Of a DNA stretch of 64,000 bases, positions 23,371 through 44,300 are shown piece after piece. The position numbers and the translations under genes are program-made. The notes beneath the pieces are model-generated. The model was not told the origin of the DNA. It made no database searches and saw only the letters and a program-made list of their open reading frames with translations. The stretch spans positions 15,120,861 to 15,184,860 of the forward strand of contig OZ316892.1 in NCBI GenBank assembly GCA_973895155.1, given 5' to 3'. Source of the stretch: Marsupella aquatica (lineage: Eukaryota; Plantae; Marchantiophyta). How positions within the stretch are numbered: position 1 is the stretch's first letter; each line of letters begins with the position of its first letter.

Positions 23371-25896
23371 TATTATAGCCATGGGTTTTCCCATCCACAT
23401 GGTGGGCCATGGAGTTACTCTCTAGAGGCTTCACTCTAGAAACCTAGGCCCCAACTCTAGCTTGTAGTCGGCGCCTTACAAGTAAGATTTGGCTCTTATG
23501 GAGTTTACTCTTGGAGAGAACCGATTGTACATTGGGGCAAGGGTAAATACTATATAGAGAAGTATTGACATAGGTACAAATACATTATGTCAAGGTATGT
23601 ATTGGCAATAGGAGGATTAAGGAGGGAATCCATTGAGGATTGGGGACCAAATGATATGGAAAGTATATATCCAGGGAAGAATAAAAAATGATTCTTTGTA
23701 CTTTTTGGCTTCTTGCAGGGCTTGGTTTCCAGAAAAAAACTTTCTAGTTTTTTCTGGCACTCAAAACTACAGATCCAAATGACAACCAATATAGAAAGGG
23801 CACAACCCTTAGTTCTTGATGAGACACTTTGGAGGGCAATTTGTGCTTTGTTGTTGCCTAAGTGAAGTAGTGTATGCAAGGGGTCAGTGAATGTGAGGGC
23901 GACAACTTAGAGGGTCAGTCAAACACGCCAAGCTATGTTCTTTAGTAAATTGGGAGTACGATTGTGGGCTCAAGAGATGCAAGATGCTTGACCAAGAGCT
24001 GCAGGTTGGAGAGAGAGCTTGTGGTGGGGTTTCACTTTCATGGGGAGCTTGTTGTGGGCATCTTGAACCAGCAAATATGGGGCAATCTGAGTTTCTGCGG
24101 TGCAGTCTGTGGAACCTTAAACCCTAAATCCACACATTTTAGTTTGGACCATCCTTGTGCACCACGGCCCGACTTAAACCCTGCTGCAGTTTTGGGACGC
24201 ACCGCGACTCAAAGCATGAGCCCCCTTTTTTGGCCAGTCCAAGTTTGTGACGCTGGTACCGTCTTTCAGACTCATTGTTTTGTGCCCATAGGGCCCGATC
24301 ATGCATGTGGACAATCTAATTTGAGACACTATTTCAGCGGTCTATGTGTGCTCACCGGCCTCTTGGTGCCTTGTTGTGGCTGAGTTTCTTGCTTTTAACT
24401 TTTGCTTCTCTTTGTGCTTAATTTCTAGAGGCTCAACAGTATACTTTTGTGTTCACTTTCATTTAGGTCTGAGTGCATAGTGTTTGTTCTTGGAGTAATT
24501 GTGTATCTTCAATCTTGGAGCATTGTGTCTCTTCAATCATGGATTAATTGGCCAAAGAGTGAAACAATTCAATGGATGCATGAGAAAATAAATTTTTTTA
24601 GCCGAATGGGAGGAAAAACTTATTTTTATATAAAGTGTATCTAAATGAATGAAAGTGCAATGAGCCAAAACCTTCACTAAATGCCTAGAGAGGCATGACT
24701 TTGTGGTAGCTCACTTGAGTAGAGACTCATAGGTCTTGGGTTCAACTGTTGTGGCTGACTCTTCTCAACTATTGTGGTTGACTCTTCCCTTTTTATGGGG
24801 TTTCACAGATTTCCCTTAAAAAACTTATTAAAAAAATCTTCACTAAATGACAAAAGAGTAATGAAAGAAGGAACAATGAAAGAACTTTAGTTTGATTATT
24901 TATGAGTCAAAAATCCCAAGGAAAAATCTGTAAGCTTGTTAGTATTTCCGGAAATCTGGCAAAGATAGGCTCATTGAGAATAAGAATTGGGATTCTTTTC
25001 TAAGAATTCTAAGCATGACAAGTTATATTAAGAGATGAGCGAGAAATTGGACATCATTTTTTGCTCACAACATAGCTACAGTAGTCTAGACATTCTTGGA
25101 AGTGTGGACCAATTTAGCAATTTGTGAGCTCTTCAATACTTGACAAAATCTGACAATGTTAGTCTAGTTGGAAACACGTTTTCCAACTGCAAATTGCAAT
25201 CAGAGAATGTTTTATCGAGAGATGAGGGAGAAATTTGAAATTAGTTTTTGTTGGCACCATGCTAGATTTTCAAGGAAGGGCAAAGAAATTCAAAAATGTG
25301 TCATCTCTTTGATACCTCATGATCATTTTGACAATATTAGGCTCATTAGAAAGCTCTTTAATTACAAAAAGCTTTTAAGCATTGTAAGCAAACCAAAGGA
25401 CTCATGCGTAGACAAGCTAGGGAGCCATTGAAAATGAGTTGAGTGCCATCTGGTCTTACACTTCCAAGTTAACTACTATAAAATGTTGAAAGTGACAAAG
25501 AAACTAGCAATGGTGCCCCAACAAATGGGCTAGATTCATAGTTACACACTCATTTGGAGACCAGACCAGAATCTCATTTCAGTATGAGATTCATAATGAA
25601 TCTCAACAAGGAATATTTTAAGTATCCAAGATTGAAGATACATAATGAATCTCAACAAGGAAACTAAAGGCTCCAACTGAGATTGAAGTTCATCATGCCA
25701 ATTAGCTTCAATGATCATGAACTTAAAGAAATTCAGAATTAGGGGGATTCAAAGCATGATGAGCTCTAGTATGGAGATCCAAAGGGGTTCATCTTTGAGG
25801 TTAGTGAGCTCATTCAATGGGCTTCATCTTCCAAAATGCTCCATGATTGTAGTTGGTCACTTAGGGCTCATACAACAGGGCACATAACTTTGATAT

Positions 25897-26190
25897 TGTT
25901 GAGTATTGCTCTTAGTCTTGTGACTTTAGAGCTAACCGCAGTTAGGCTAACTCAGGTTAGGACTTAGCTGAGGTTAGCAGTGATGCATGTTGTATATAAC
26001 CAGGGCTGATGCAACCATTGGTGAATCTTCAGCTCATTGTTGGAGTTGGGCAAGAGAGAAGTAAAGGTCTCTTGCTTTCCCGTGGACGTAGCCTCGGTCA
26101 TGAGGTGAACCACGTACTCACTGTGTCGACTACTTTGTATGGTGTTCTCATGTGCATGGTGTCTCGGGATAGGGATTATCCCCAATGTCA
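25897..26190 (+). mobile_element. Second, diverged solo LTR of the same family
   Basis: Starts TGTTGAG and is colinear with 23027-23370 (CAGTTAGGCTAACTC.GGTTAGGACTTAGCT; CCCGTGGACGTAGCCTC). Flanks are GATAT/GATAC. The right end is approximate. Confidence 0.65.
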
Positions 26191-26304
26191 GATACACGCC
26201 TATAAGATATTTCCAAGGACATGTCATGATCCCACATGTTGTGTTCACATGATCATATATAGGTGGTCATACATAACTCATGCAACAGGGCACAAAACTT
26301 TAGT

Positions 26305-26850
26305 TGAAATTATTTTTCTTTTATATAAAGTGACCATGAAAACCTCACATCAAGTGGGGAAACAAGCCACCCACAAGAACAGGCTCAAAAGAGAGCCCAA
26401 CACATAAAGACCAAAGAACACCATAAGAAACAAGAAGCCCCACATTGGGACTCCCCAAGGACCAAAAGTCAGCCACAAGCCTGCCAAGGCCAGGCAGGCA
26501 TCAACCGGGTGCCACAGCGCACAAGCCCACATAGCATAGTCACCCAGTGACAGAGATCACAGGGCTATCCTTGCACATCAGGCAGCCAACTGTGGAGCTG
26601 AGCATCAATCCACTCCTTGGCCCAAAGTAGCCTTGTCTACTTCCGCCCAACATGAGACCGCCTGCCGATAGCCAGCAGGTGGTCAGCCACCTCCAAAAGC
26701 ACCAAGCCTAAGTCAAAGATCCTTCTGCCCCCAGGTTTGAACATGTGTTCGTTGTGGCCTAACCATAGCGGCCACAGAACTTGAAAGCTAACAAAGTGCT
26801 TGTCAACACTTATACCCACAGGGCTCAAAACTTCATACAACATATAGGAT
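26305..26850 (-). mobile_element. 5'-truncated L1-type LINE remnant
   Basis: VLWPLWLGHNEHMF resembles the plant L1 ORF2 C-terminal W.IW..RN..IF motif. It is followed by a T-rich 3' region and an A-rich tail near 26305-26330 on the minus strand. Confidence 0.5.
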
Positions 26851-26872
26851 ATTTCCAGCTTCCTTTTCTCTT

Positions 26873-26980
26873 ATTGAATTTAAAAACTGCTAATGGGAAA
26901 CAGGAGTACTTGGTCCACAAGCTAATTGAATTTAAAAACTGCTAATGGGAAACAGGAGTACTTGGTCCACAAACTAATTG
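26873..26980. repeat. 52-bp tandem duplication
   Basis: ATTGAATTTAAAAACTGCTAATGGGAAACAGGAGTACTTGGTCCACAA(G/A)CTA occurs twice. Confidence 0.9.
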
Positions 26981-27259
26981 GGTTTCTTGCCTATGGGGTC
27001 CGTCTCCCAGCTTTTGTTCTTTGGATAGTGTTTAATATAAATGGCAGGTGACGTGTTTTGGACACATGGCACTTGGACAAAGTGTGGTAGCACAAAGAAT
27101 TCTTGCATTCAACCAACTACTGTACGAAGCAGGATATTTTTGCAATTTCACAAACTTGACGGCTGTTTCGGTAAATCTGGTACGTTTCCCATAATACGTA
27201 ACAGTGCCTTGGTACGTCGCATTGTGTTCGATTCGGTCGAGCTCCACCACGCAGTCTGA

Positions 27260-31109
<3,850 letters not shown>

Positions 31110-31589
31110 GTTACTCAGACTCCTGAAATTGCTGTACATATGAAAGGTCAATCTCTCTATACGATCAACACTAGATAATATATAAGAATGTAGGGAATAC
31201 AAGTCGCGACATCAATCTGACGTATGAATTAAGATGATACTGCACAGCTCTGTTTGTAAGTAATGTATACTCTCGTCAATGATACTACTCAGTTGTAACA
31301 TGACATAGCTTTTTAGCAGTGAATGTTGTCACGTCCTTTTTCTGGACATGGCATGCTATGATGTATGAAGGTAGGATCAGTTTTTGCAACACTATCCATT
31401 TGTGTGCAGTAGTTGGTTGTGCTCTGTTCAATTTTACAAAATGACTTGGGACAGGATGACCCTAATCAGCCTCCCTCATTTCTTTGGATTCATTTTTCGC
31501 TCGCTCCCATCTTTGGCTTTTGGCTTCTCTTCTCTAAGCGATCATCTAAAGTAGGGTGATTCACTGATAACTATCTGGTAAAAGGAAGC

Positions 31590-31725
31590 TAGAAAAGGTA
31601 ATTCCCAGATCGAGAGTGCCTTTAAGGTACGCGAGAACATGACGAATGCTGCTTTGATGCTCCGGGCCGGGATTATGTGCGAATTGCCCCAATCTGGAAC
31701 AACGTTCAGCAATGTTTAGCGCTTG
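31590..31725 (-). mobile_element. Copia reverse-transcriptase C-terminal fragment
   Basis: LGQFAHNPGPEHQSSIRHVLAYLKGTLDLGITF matches the Copia pattern LSQF...P...H...VKRILRYLKGT.D.GI.F. Confidence 0.75.
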
Positions 31726-32548
31726 CGGCCATCCACTGCTGGCCCTCCGAGGCACGGTGGAGAAAACGTTGTCGGACCATGCAAGTGAACAAAAGTTGTC
31801 AGACTTGTTCAATCTAAACATGCTGTTGAATCCCTCGACCAAACGACCTAGAAGAATGAGAACTTGCTGAGGTCAGTTGTTTTTCAACATTGAAGTCCCA
31901 CCAAATAGTGGAAGATTGAGGCGTCAAAGTATCCAAGATCTTTCTCAGTACAAGGAGGTTTCCGATAGCTTAACCTCACAGGATTCGGTTTGGTTTTGCA
32001 TTACAGTCCTGGGAGCAACGTTATGCGAATTGCAAACTGGGCAGAACAACAAGAAGCCAAATAAACATACCTTGTAAGACACTACACTACTTCAAGTCTT
32101 CTGCTTCCAGTGTTTTATGAAGCTAGGAAACGGTCTCGTTTTACATCCTAGTCCTGGGAGCAAGGGAACGGGAGTTGAAGATTGCGTACAACAAAAACAA
32201 GCGAAATAAACACACCTTGTACGACGCTATACCACTGCAAGTCTTTTGCTTCCACTGGTTTGTGAAGCAAAAAACAATTTCCATGGCTAATTTAACATTC
32301 TTTATGAAACTTGAGGGTGGCTTTGGGGGACTGAGTGTTGAATATATCACTCAGCCAGACTTTCGGAACTAAGAGTTCACCTAAAAGAAACTAGCGAGTA
32401 TCTCCATTACCATATCATGTGTCTCACTATGTACACTTTAAAGGTGGCTGGGAGGGCAGTACTCTTTCAGTTCAGACAACATCACAAGAAGCGTAAACCC
32501 TGACCACCCAATTCTTAGAGGCTGCTTTACACAATAAATCTACACAGT

Positions 32549-32709
32549 TTGACCGTATAGATTGTGTTCCTCAAGAAAGCAGTGTATTTAAACATTTTGG
32601 TCCGACACTGACGAGGTTTTGCTGCCCTTGACCGTATCGATCGTGTTCCTCAAGAAAGCACAGTGGATTTAAACATTTTGGTCCGACACTGACGAGGTTT
32701 TGCTGCCCT
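32549..32709. repeat. ~80-bp tandem duplication
   Basis: TTGACCGTAT.GAT.GTGTTCCTCAAGAAAGCA...GGTCCGACACTGACGAGGTTTTGCTGCCCT occurs twice. Confidence 0.9.
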
Positions 32710-35143
32710 CCACATCAGCAGTGGCGTGCAAAGGTTACTTGACCAATTGCCAACAAATATCCGTTCCGTGACTTCAAACCCTCGTTTGTTTAGTTATCCA
32801 TGTTTGGGTTGGTTGGTCTCAGAATACAAGAATCACATACATGCATACTTGGAGAGTTGATGTATGGATAGCATATCGTTTCGAGCTGTGTACTAGGGTG
32901 CTTCACTGTATGCGCTCTCAACAACGAGGAATTGAGGTCTGGTCATCACAAGTTTCTGCCCACTAACGTTGTAGTAAATAGCTTCGTAGTCCAGCTCTTC
33001 GGGAAAGAGCTCCTCGCCTCTAGTTTTCATGAGAAAGACTCGGATATTGGCGGTTCCCAAGTTTCTGTTTTCAGGTTCTGGCTTGATTCCCGTGATCACT
33101 TGTAGCTGGCCTTGTGCTTCGTTTATCCTGTGGGACAAGTCATTCTATCAGTATGGAAGACAGTTGCCAACTATCAGGATGACCTTATGAAAAATTGTCA
33201 TAAAGTATACGTCTTGGATTGAAGGCTGGTGGTACATTTGTCTGAATAATCGTGGCTATTGCAAGTAAGTCTGAAGCCTTCTTGACAGTCATTTATCATC
33301 ACGATTCAGATCTGTTTGCTGCCTGCCGCACGCAATTTTGTTCTTAGGTTGGCACACAAGCCCCTGTCACTTTCGGTCATCAGCTGATTCTTAAATCACT
33401 AGTGAGTCGAGCTCCAGTCATTCTTCTCTTGGCTTCTTGTTGCCTTTCGCGCGTAAGGCTAGTTTAGGCCTGAACAGCTTCATTTCTCCACACGCCTGTG
33501 TACTTCTCGTTCCATTACACTGAAGTAATCTATTGGCTAGATGGTGCTCACTCATAGACCCAACCTAGAATTAAAACAACCATTCGTGTGCAGTAATCGA
33601 TGCCAATAAGGAGCAAAACAACTGGGCATTCACTGTTGTCAGGAAATAATGCACATTCTGTTGGCGAAGTTTGAAAAGAGTAATCTGCGTTTGTTGCTCA
33701 GCTATATTCAGATAAAGAAAAGAAAAACACATTCCATGTAATCCAGAGATGATTAGGAAGTGATCATGCAAAATCTTGTGAAGTACAGCCGCCTATACAT
33801 CTTCCTTCTTGCAAGAATCGACTACGGTGGAACTTCAAGTGCTCGATGTATGAAGAGAAAACAGACTGAGCATTGAAGGCAGATCAAAGATAAACAATTG
33901 TGCCATCTGGAAACGTTATCATAAACATAAGTTGAGGCAGTTTCTCCTATTTTACGTAACGTCAAGGAAAATAACTAACAACTTGAAGGAAAGTCGAGCG
34001 ATTAAGGGCAAGGCCGAATAAACCGAGATGAGAAGAAAGTTCAGAGAGCTGAGAAATTCTTACTCAAATGTAAAATAATTACATAAACTAAAAAATGAAA
34101 TGAATGAACAAACTTGAAAGTCAACGGACCCCATGTCGAAGGCCCATAATGCTACCAAGAACGATTTGTAAAGCGAGAAGACAACACTCCCACACGCCGT
34201 GACGAACGCATTTCCTTTACTAAGTTGTGCAGCCCAAAAGAACCTTAAATTGTGCAAATTAAAGGTACATACTCTATCGTTCATAACCATACCAGATTAT
34301 GCCATTGAGCGCGCACAAGCTAGAATGTTAGAGCTGTCAGACTTTAAATTAGGAGCATTGTTGAAAGGACATCTTGTTGGAAAAATCGATGGATCGATTT
34401 AATACAAGCTCGTTCTCGGCAAAGAATATCGATTTCGACATGTTTAGCAGGTGGAGCGAAATATCATGCAATAGCTTCGAGCAGAAGAGTTTGGGAAAAG
34501 CGAACAGACAGCTGCATCGTGTCTATATTTGAGGGTCTTTCTGGAGAGTGCGAAGAAAAAGTAATAGAAACCTACAGTAGGATCATGAAATACATTGTTG
34601 CAATGTGCTAGCCCAATCTGTAACCAACGGAAGCCTTAAAGACGATTCCCCAAAATGGAAGCCTCGCAGAAAATGGCACCCCAAAGTAATCCCCTAAACT
34701 TCAGTCTTGGTGAGATTCATCTCACAATAGCCACCTAGCGATCTCACATCCTTCCATTTCAAAGGAGGTGAATTGTTTTAGACAATGCACAACTGAATTT
34801 AAGGTATAATTCTGACACCACCTTAAACTGAGTCGCGTTCTCACAGGCAACAGACTACTTAAGTTTTAGGACCGACTGCAGAGATGAACACAGCCACCAA
34901 AAGGATATTGCCAAAAGCAAAATCTATATTGAATGAGACTGTTAAACATGACCGTCATATACAAATTTGTACCACCTCATTTCCAGAAAGGTGTACAACA
35001 TAGGGAAATATTTGCAAGAGTAGCCCTCCTCCTGTAGCCAGCTATCAACAGTAGGATAACAATGAAACAGTACCCCTCCTTCCTGGTTCAATAGACTAAT
35101 CTTTGGTTGCAGCTAAATTTCACCCAGAAAGAAGAGTCTACGT

Positions 35144-38907
<3,764 letters not shown>

Positions 38908-40789
38908 GTCTGCCTGTCTATCTGTCACAATCTGTCTGCCTCTCGCGATGCTCGTCCTACTTTTAGCAACGCCCGGCGAGTCTCCCTCCCAATCCTGGAT
39001 TGATCAAATCTTGTCCAAACAACAGGTGCAGTCCACCGGCGGATATGGTCCGGATTCAAGGACTAGAGAGAGAACTTGATGTATCTGAGAACTTGAAGCA
39101 CTCCACCTGAACTCAAAAAACCCTAGCCCGGAGAGAGAAGCATGAGATGCAGAATGGAGTGGAAGTGGAGATTTTGTTGAGTTGCACCGCACTTCCCTTT
39201 GCACACCACAGTATCTTTCTTCGACCTTCGAAGCCTGCGTCCTTTCGCTAGAGGCCAACCTCGACGTCGAGACTACTCAAGTGTGCCATCTTTTGTGCCC
39301 CCACCGTTCCTTTGCCAAGCTCAGACGATTGCATGCCAACCCGGCACTTAAGCTCTTAACCTTGGTTATATATATTTTGGTGAAAAAGATGTGAGGCAAA
39401 GATCTCAAGGAGAGAAAAAGACGGCAAAGCAAAGATGCCTCATGTGGAACAAAACATTTGTATTTGTCCCCTCTGAGTCCCCCCCCTTTCCTATGTCTTC
39501 CCTCCCTTGCTACTTCCTTAGTCCTCTATTTTCTTCCAATCAGCACAATTAAATAAAGAGAAGAAAAAGATAAGGAGTAGAAAACAAAGTTAACGCCCAA
39601 CTTATAAATCCCCAATTAATTTTGCTATTGTTGGTGCAATTGTGTTGCAATGTTGCGGAAGTCTTATTATCATAAAATGTTTGTTGTGTCCAAAAATATC
39701 ATGTGTCCAAAATGTTGTCATTGCACTAACTCAGTGTTAAAAGTAGAGGGTGCATGGTGCAAATAGGTAGCAAAAAATAAGCACTTGTGGCAAGAGCTTT
39801 GTCAAGAATTGGGCAAATAAAATTTCTGTACACAATTAGGTTTGGGAAGCATTAATGATGTTTGGCCCGTAAACTTTGGAAAAAACACAATGACTTGAAT
39901 ACATTCAGGGCCAATCCAACGCAACAGCCCACTTGATACATATTTCTTTTGGGACAGAATGTTTTTGCCCTGTGATACTACTATAGGTGTGTATGCATTA
40001 CACAGTAGGACGATAAAGGGAGGCTAGCAGGTTCTTTTGTCCGGATCCAAGGGTGTAAATAAATCATATTTTTAGTGGATGGTCAAGATTTTATCCTACT
40101 CTTTTGTTTTTTGTAAGCTAACAATTTGCCAAGATTGGCGAGATCACATATTATAGAGTTAGATTCATATCTACAACCATGTTCTAGCCCTGACTGAATC
40201 TATCTTCACTGATGTCATTGTTTTGGACTTGTCATAAACGGGGTCTTAATTAAACAAATTGGAGAGGCATGCTTTAGGCATGTATTCAAGCTTTGGTTAG
40301 TTGACCAAGGGATGAGACTGGGAATATAGAAGTCCTAGGTTCAATGCCCTCCATGCACAAGGGTGTGCAACATGTGAATCAGCGGGCAGTGTATGTAGTA
40401 GGGTGGTAGTAGCAAAATCAAATTAATCCTCAAAAATGGATTTTTCTTTGGCTAATATCAGGGGAAAAAATTGATATCAGCAAAAAAATTATTGTTTGCT
40501 CGCATTGTTAGTATACCCCAACTTTTAAACCAAACTTCTCTCCCTCCGAGTATGGATTCCCCAATGGATTCCTTGGCTGGATTGTCTGGGTAATTCACTT
40601 GTGGGCTCCCCTTCAATATATAGTACACACAATGTTTTACTAACTTGTCCCCCAAACTACTTGATATTATAAACATGTACCACCAAACATATTAAATTAA
40701 TTATCAACCCAACCCCATTTCCTAAACAGGTTAGTAACTTGTGACCAGGTTTACGTTGCCATTGGCTAGCCTTAACCCACTGCAACCCC

Positions 40790-40986
40790 CTTCTTCAATG
40801 ACTTTCTCCATGACATCTTTTGCGTAACATCTTCTACACAAAGACATCTTTATGCAACATCCTTTCCACATCAAGATCATTTGTGCAATGACATCTTTTG
40901 AAATGGACATCTTTACATAACTTCTATTCTCCAACGATTTATTTTACGCAATGACATCTTTTGTGCAATGCACAGGTATTGAACAC
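40790..40986 (+). mobile_element. Another degenerate end of the Helitron-like family seen at 15-23 kb
   Basis: GACATCTT repeats ending GACATCTTTTGTGCAATGCACAGGTATTGA. Confidence 0.6.
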
Positions 40987-41399
40987 AACCACAATGACTG
41001 TATTGCCCAAATGACACATAGCATGTCTCAACAACTATCTTGCAAAGCCTAGTTTGCCTTGCCTTGTCATATTTTTCATGTCAACATCTCTCCTCAATGC
41101 CTTTCCTTCACCTGGATGACATCTTTGTCTCATATTAACATCATTTTTTAACATGATGCATTGATCTCATCACATCTTTTTCTTTTCTTGATATCTCACC
41201 TCAACATCATTTTCTCATCTTGCCATTTTTTCTCATCTTCTCTCAGATTGATGCATCTCCCACATAAGTATCACTTTATTTTGGTTTTGATTCAATCACT
41301 TCTAGAAAAACTGAATGTGATTTACAGTTGACATGGTTATCCCTATGCATGTCACTCAATTTGAACCTAAACATTTGAAGTATTAAACCAGTTTAATCA

Positions 41400-44300
41400 T
41401 TTATTGCAAGCTATCTATATACATAATAGATTCAAATAGTAGATGTAGTCACACAATACTCCCCTAAGGTTATATATAGCGCCAAGATGCAACCATCCCA
41501 TTTCCTTTTGTCTTGCATTTTAGCAATGCATTCTCCTTTTGCTTGCATGCATTCTCATTGTCTCATTTTGCTAAATTATAGCAAACAACAGGACACCAAT
41601 CCAAATAAATGAGACAAGAAAATGGAGACCTATCAGCTTCTGCACAGTTGCGACAAAATGGAACACTTGAAGGAAGCAACTAAAATGATTAGATTTCTTA
41701 CCAATTTGATTGGCTCAATTGTGAAGTTGCACAAGTAGATTGCAGTTGACGACTTTGAATCCAATGGCTCAATCCATATAGCTTGGCTATGGGGAACCTG
41801 AAATAGAGCATCTCAAGAGTTTAGTCCATAGTGCAAATTGATGAATTTGATTCTTGTAGGACAATGAAGGTGGCTAACAGACTAAATGTTGTCTCCATCT
41901 GTAGGTTGAGGATGAACTAGGACTCCATGCACATTTAAGCCACTCTGGTTATTTGAAATGTGACCGCGACATTCATAAGGGGGAACTACTCTCCCACACA
42001 AACCTAACAAAACCTTATCAACTCATATAGAACATATACTAAACATACAAATCTAGATAGTACAATATATTACAATACTACCTAGAATGGTGTGAGAGCT
42101 TACACAAACCATGTATGAACTGGAAATTCTTCATCAATTGGGTACAAAAATGGGATCATTTTTGGGAGGCTTGGACCACCACTTGAATGTGAGCAAGGGA
42201 CATGATCCCCATCTACCGACAAAAGTTGGCAATCATATCACTCTTGCATATGACAATGAGGATATTTGGGAAGCAAGAAACGTGGAAATGGGAGAGGTCA
42301 ATGACCTCTCATCGCAATTGGAGGAGTTCCAAGAACTTGTCAAAAAATGATATCACCAAGTCTCGTACCACCCAACTCTTGCTAAGCAAGTTTTGACTGA
42401 GTTAAAGCATTGGATGGAGTCAAGTTTGAAGAGGGAGGCCCAATAGAATGTTGTAAAGCTATTGCGAGACACACCACCACCGGGACCTCCACTGCCACAC
42501 TTGAAAGGGCTGAGGGTACCAGCAAGACCATGGTTAGGAAACGAGGATGGGTAGACAAATTGATGGGCGCTAAGGGGAGACAAAAGCAAAAGGGAAGGCT
42601 ACAAACAACAACAACAAAGAAAATTTGTCACCACATCCACAAGGGGATGATTGAAATTTAGTGTGCAGAGTAAATGCACCAAAGAAATTGCACACAAAAA
42701 GGAAGGAGAAACAGGTCTCATTCCAGGAAAAATTTGAGAAGGAGTCCATGGCCTCCTTGGCAGACATGTGCCAAGCTATGTCAAATTGCTCAACGCCTAA
42801 GCCCCAAACCTCACGCAAGAGTTTAGCTCCCACACCGTCCAAGTTAGGTAAGCCAAAAAAAATCTGAGTTGCTGCACCATATCCAATGACCGATGTACGG
42901 AAAGAAGCATCATCGTCAATAGTCCTCACTATGCCTCTCAACCAGGCAACAATGGACATGATCAAAAATATCCAAATAGGATCCAGCCAAGCGTGGGCAA
43001 TGTCACCAAATTTCCCCAAAATTTTACATGCATTCTCTGCGGGAGTGTGGTGCAACATGCATGGCTGACCTGCCCATGTAGAAGACCATCTAGTGTCCAT
43101 TGTGGACGATTAGTTGCTCATCATGATCAAAAATAAAGTCTAAATTTTACTACTATCTAAGTACCATTTTTATGCAAATATTCAGTCCAACATAGTCAAC
43201 ATTAAGTTGTAAAAAATAGCGGAGCAAATTTTGTTGTTTACAAACGAATTTTTCTCTCTATGCAAAAGTAAACACCGCACCATGTGAATTGCACTTTGAA
43301 TGACACAAATTAAGTTGTATTTAACTTCATTCCACATTACAATCCACAAAAATAGTGTTTCCAACAACAATTGTCACTGTAATATATTATGAGTTGCATG
43401 TGCAAAGTTACAGTAAGGTATGCTATAACACAATGTAAACTTGTATGTAACATTCAAAAAACATGACAATGGTTGTAGCAAGCTAGCTCAAAATGGGTGC
43501 ACTTTGGTGGTAAGTGTTGATGAGGATTTGTCCACTTTGCAAGGTTGGTTTGGGGAGAGGTGCAAGCCCAAATTGGTGAGCCACTTAGACAACAGGTCAG
43601 ACATATTTAGCACATTTGTCGGTGTGTAATTGGATGGAGTGGGGTGTTTGGGCATTGTGGGAAATGGGACATCTTGCATTGGAATTGGCAGGCTCCTCCG
43701 TGGAATGTAACACATTGTAGTTTTGGTTGCTAGTCCACTTTGACCTCACTTGGGAAACTGACTCTTCATTGGTGGGGCCAATAGGGAGTGCCTCATCTGG
43801 GTCAGCTGGATGACCTGGTCCATAATTTTTGTAATGAGTCCTCACGCAAAACAAGTGTAAGTAACGATACCTCAACATGAACTACGTCCTCAGTTAACAT
43901 TATTGCGAGCGCAAGAATTGGTGGGTCAGACTTTGGTTGCTCCAAAGTCACTACCTCCACTGCCTGGTCTGGATTATTTTCGGGCAACAAATGTCCAAAC
44001 ATCTCTTCTGCATCTACGTCAAGACAAAGGTCTGCATCTTTCTATTCAACATCGGACTCAAAAATGGGCTTTGCGTCTGAGGTGTCTGCCTAGACTGACT
44101 TCAAGTCAACCTGGACATGGCATGCAAAACATACATGAAAGTGGGGCAGACTACTTTGGGTATGGCTGCTAAGGAAATTGCCGTGTATTGTAAATGATAA
44201 AGTATATACCTGAACCTTTGCTTCATCATGTGTACATGAATTGACCTTCTTGTACATCTCAACAATGTTGGGTTTGTAAGTGTCAATTGCCTTAGGCTTT

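Noticed and set aside
23027-26190. Paired LTRs of one full retrotransposon
   Set aside because: Each LTR has its own apparent TSD, they are clearly diverged, and there is no PBS/PPT or coding interior. They are better read as two solo LTRs.
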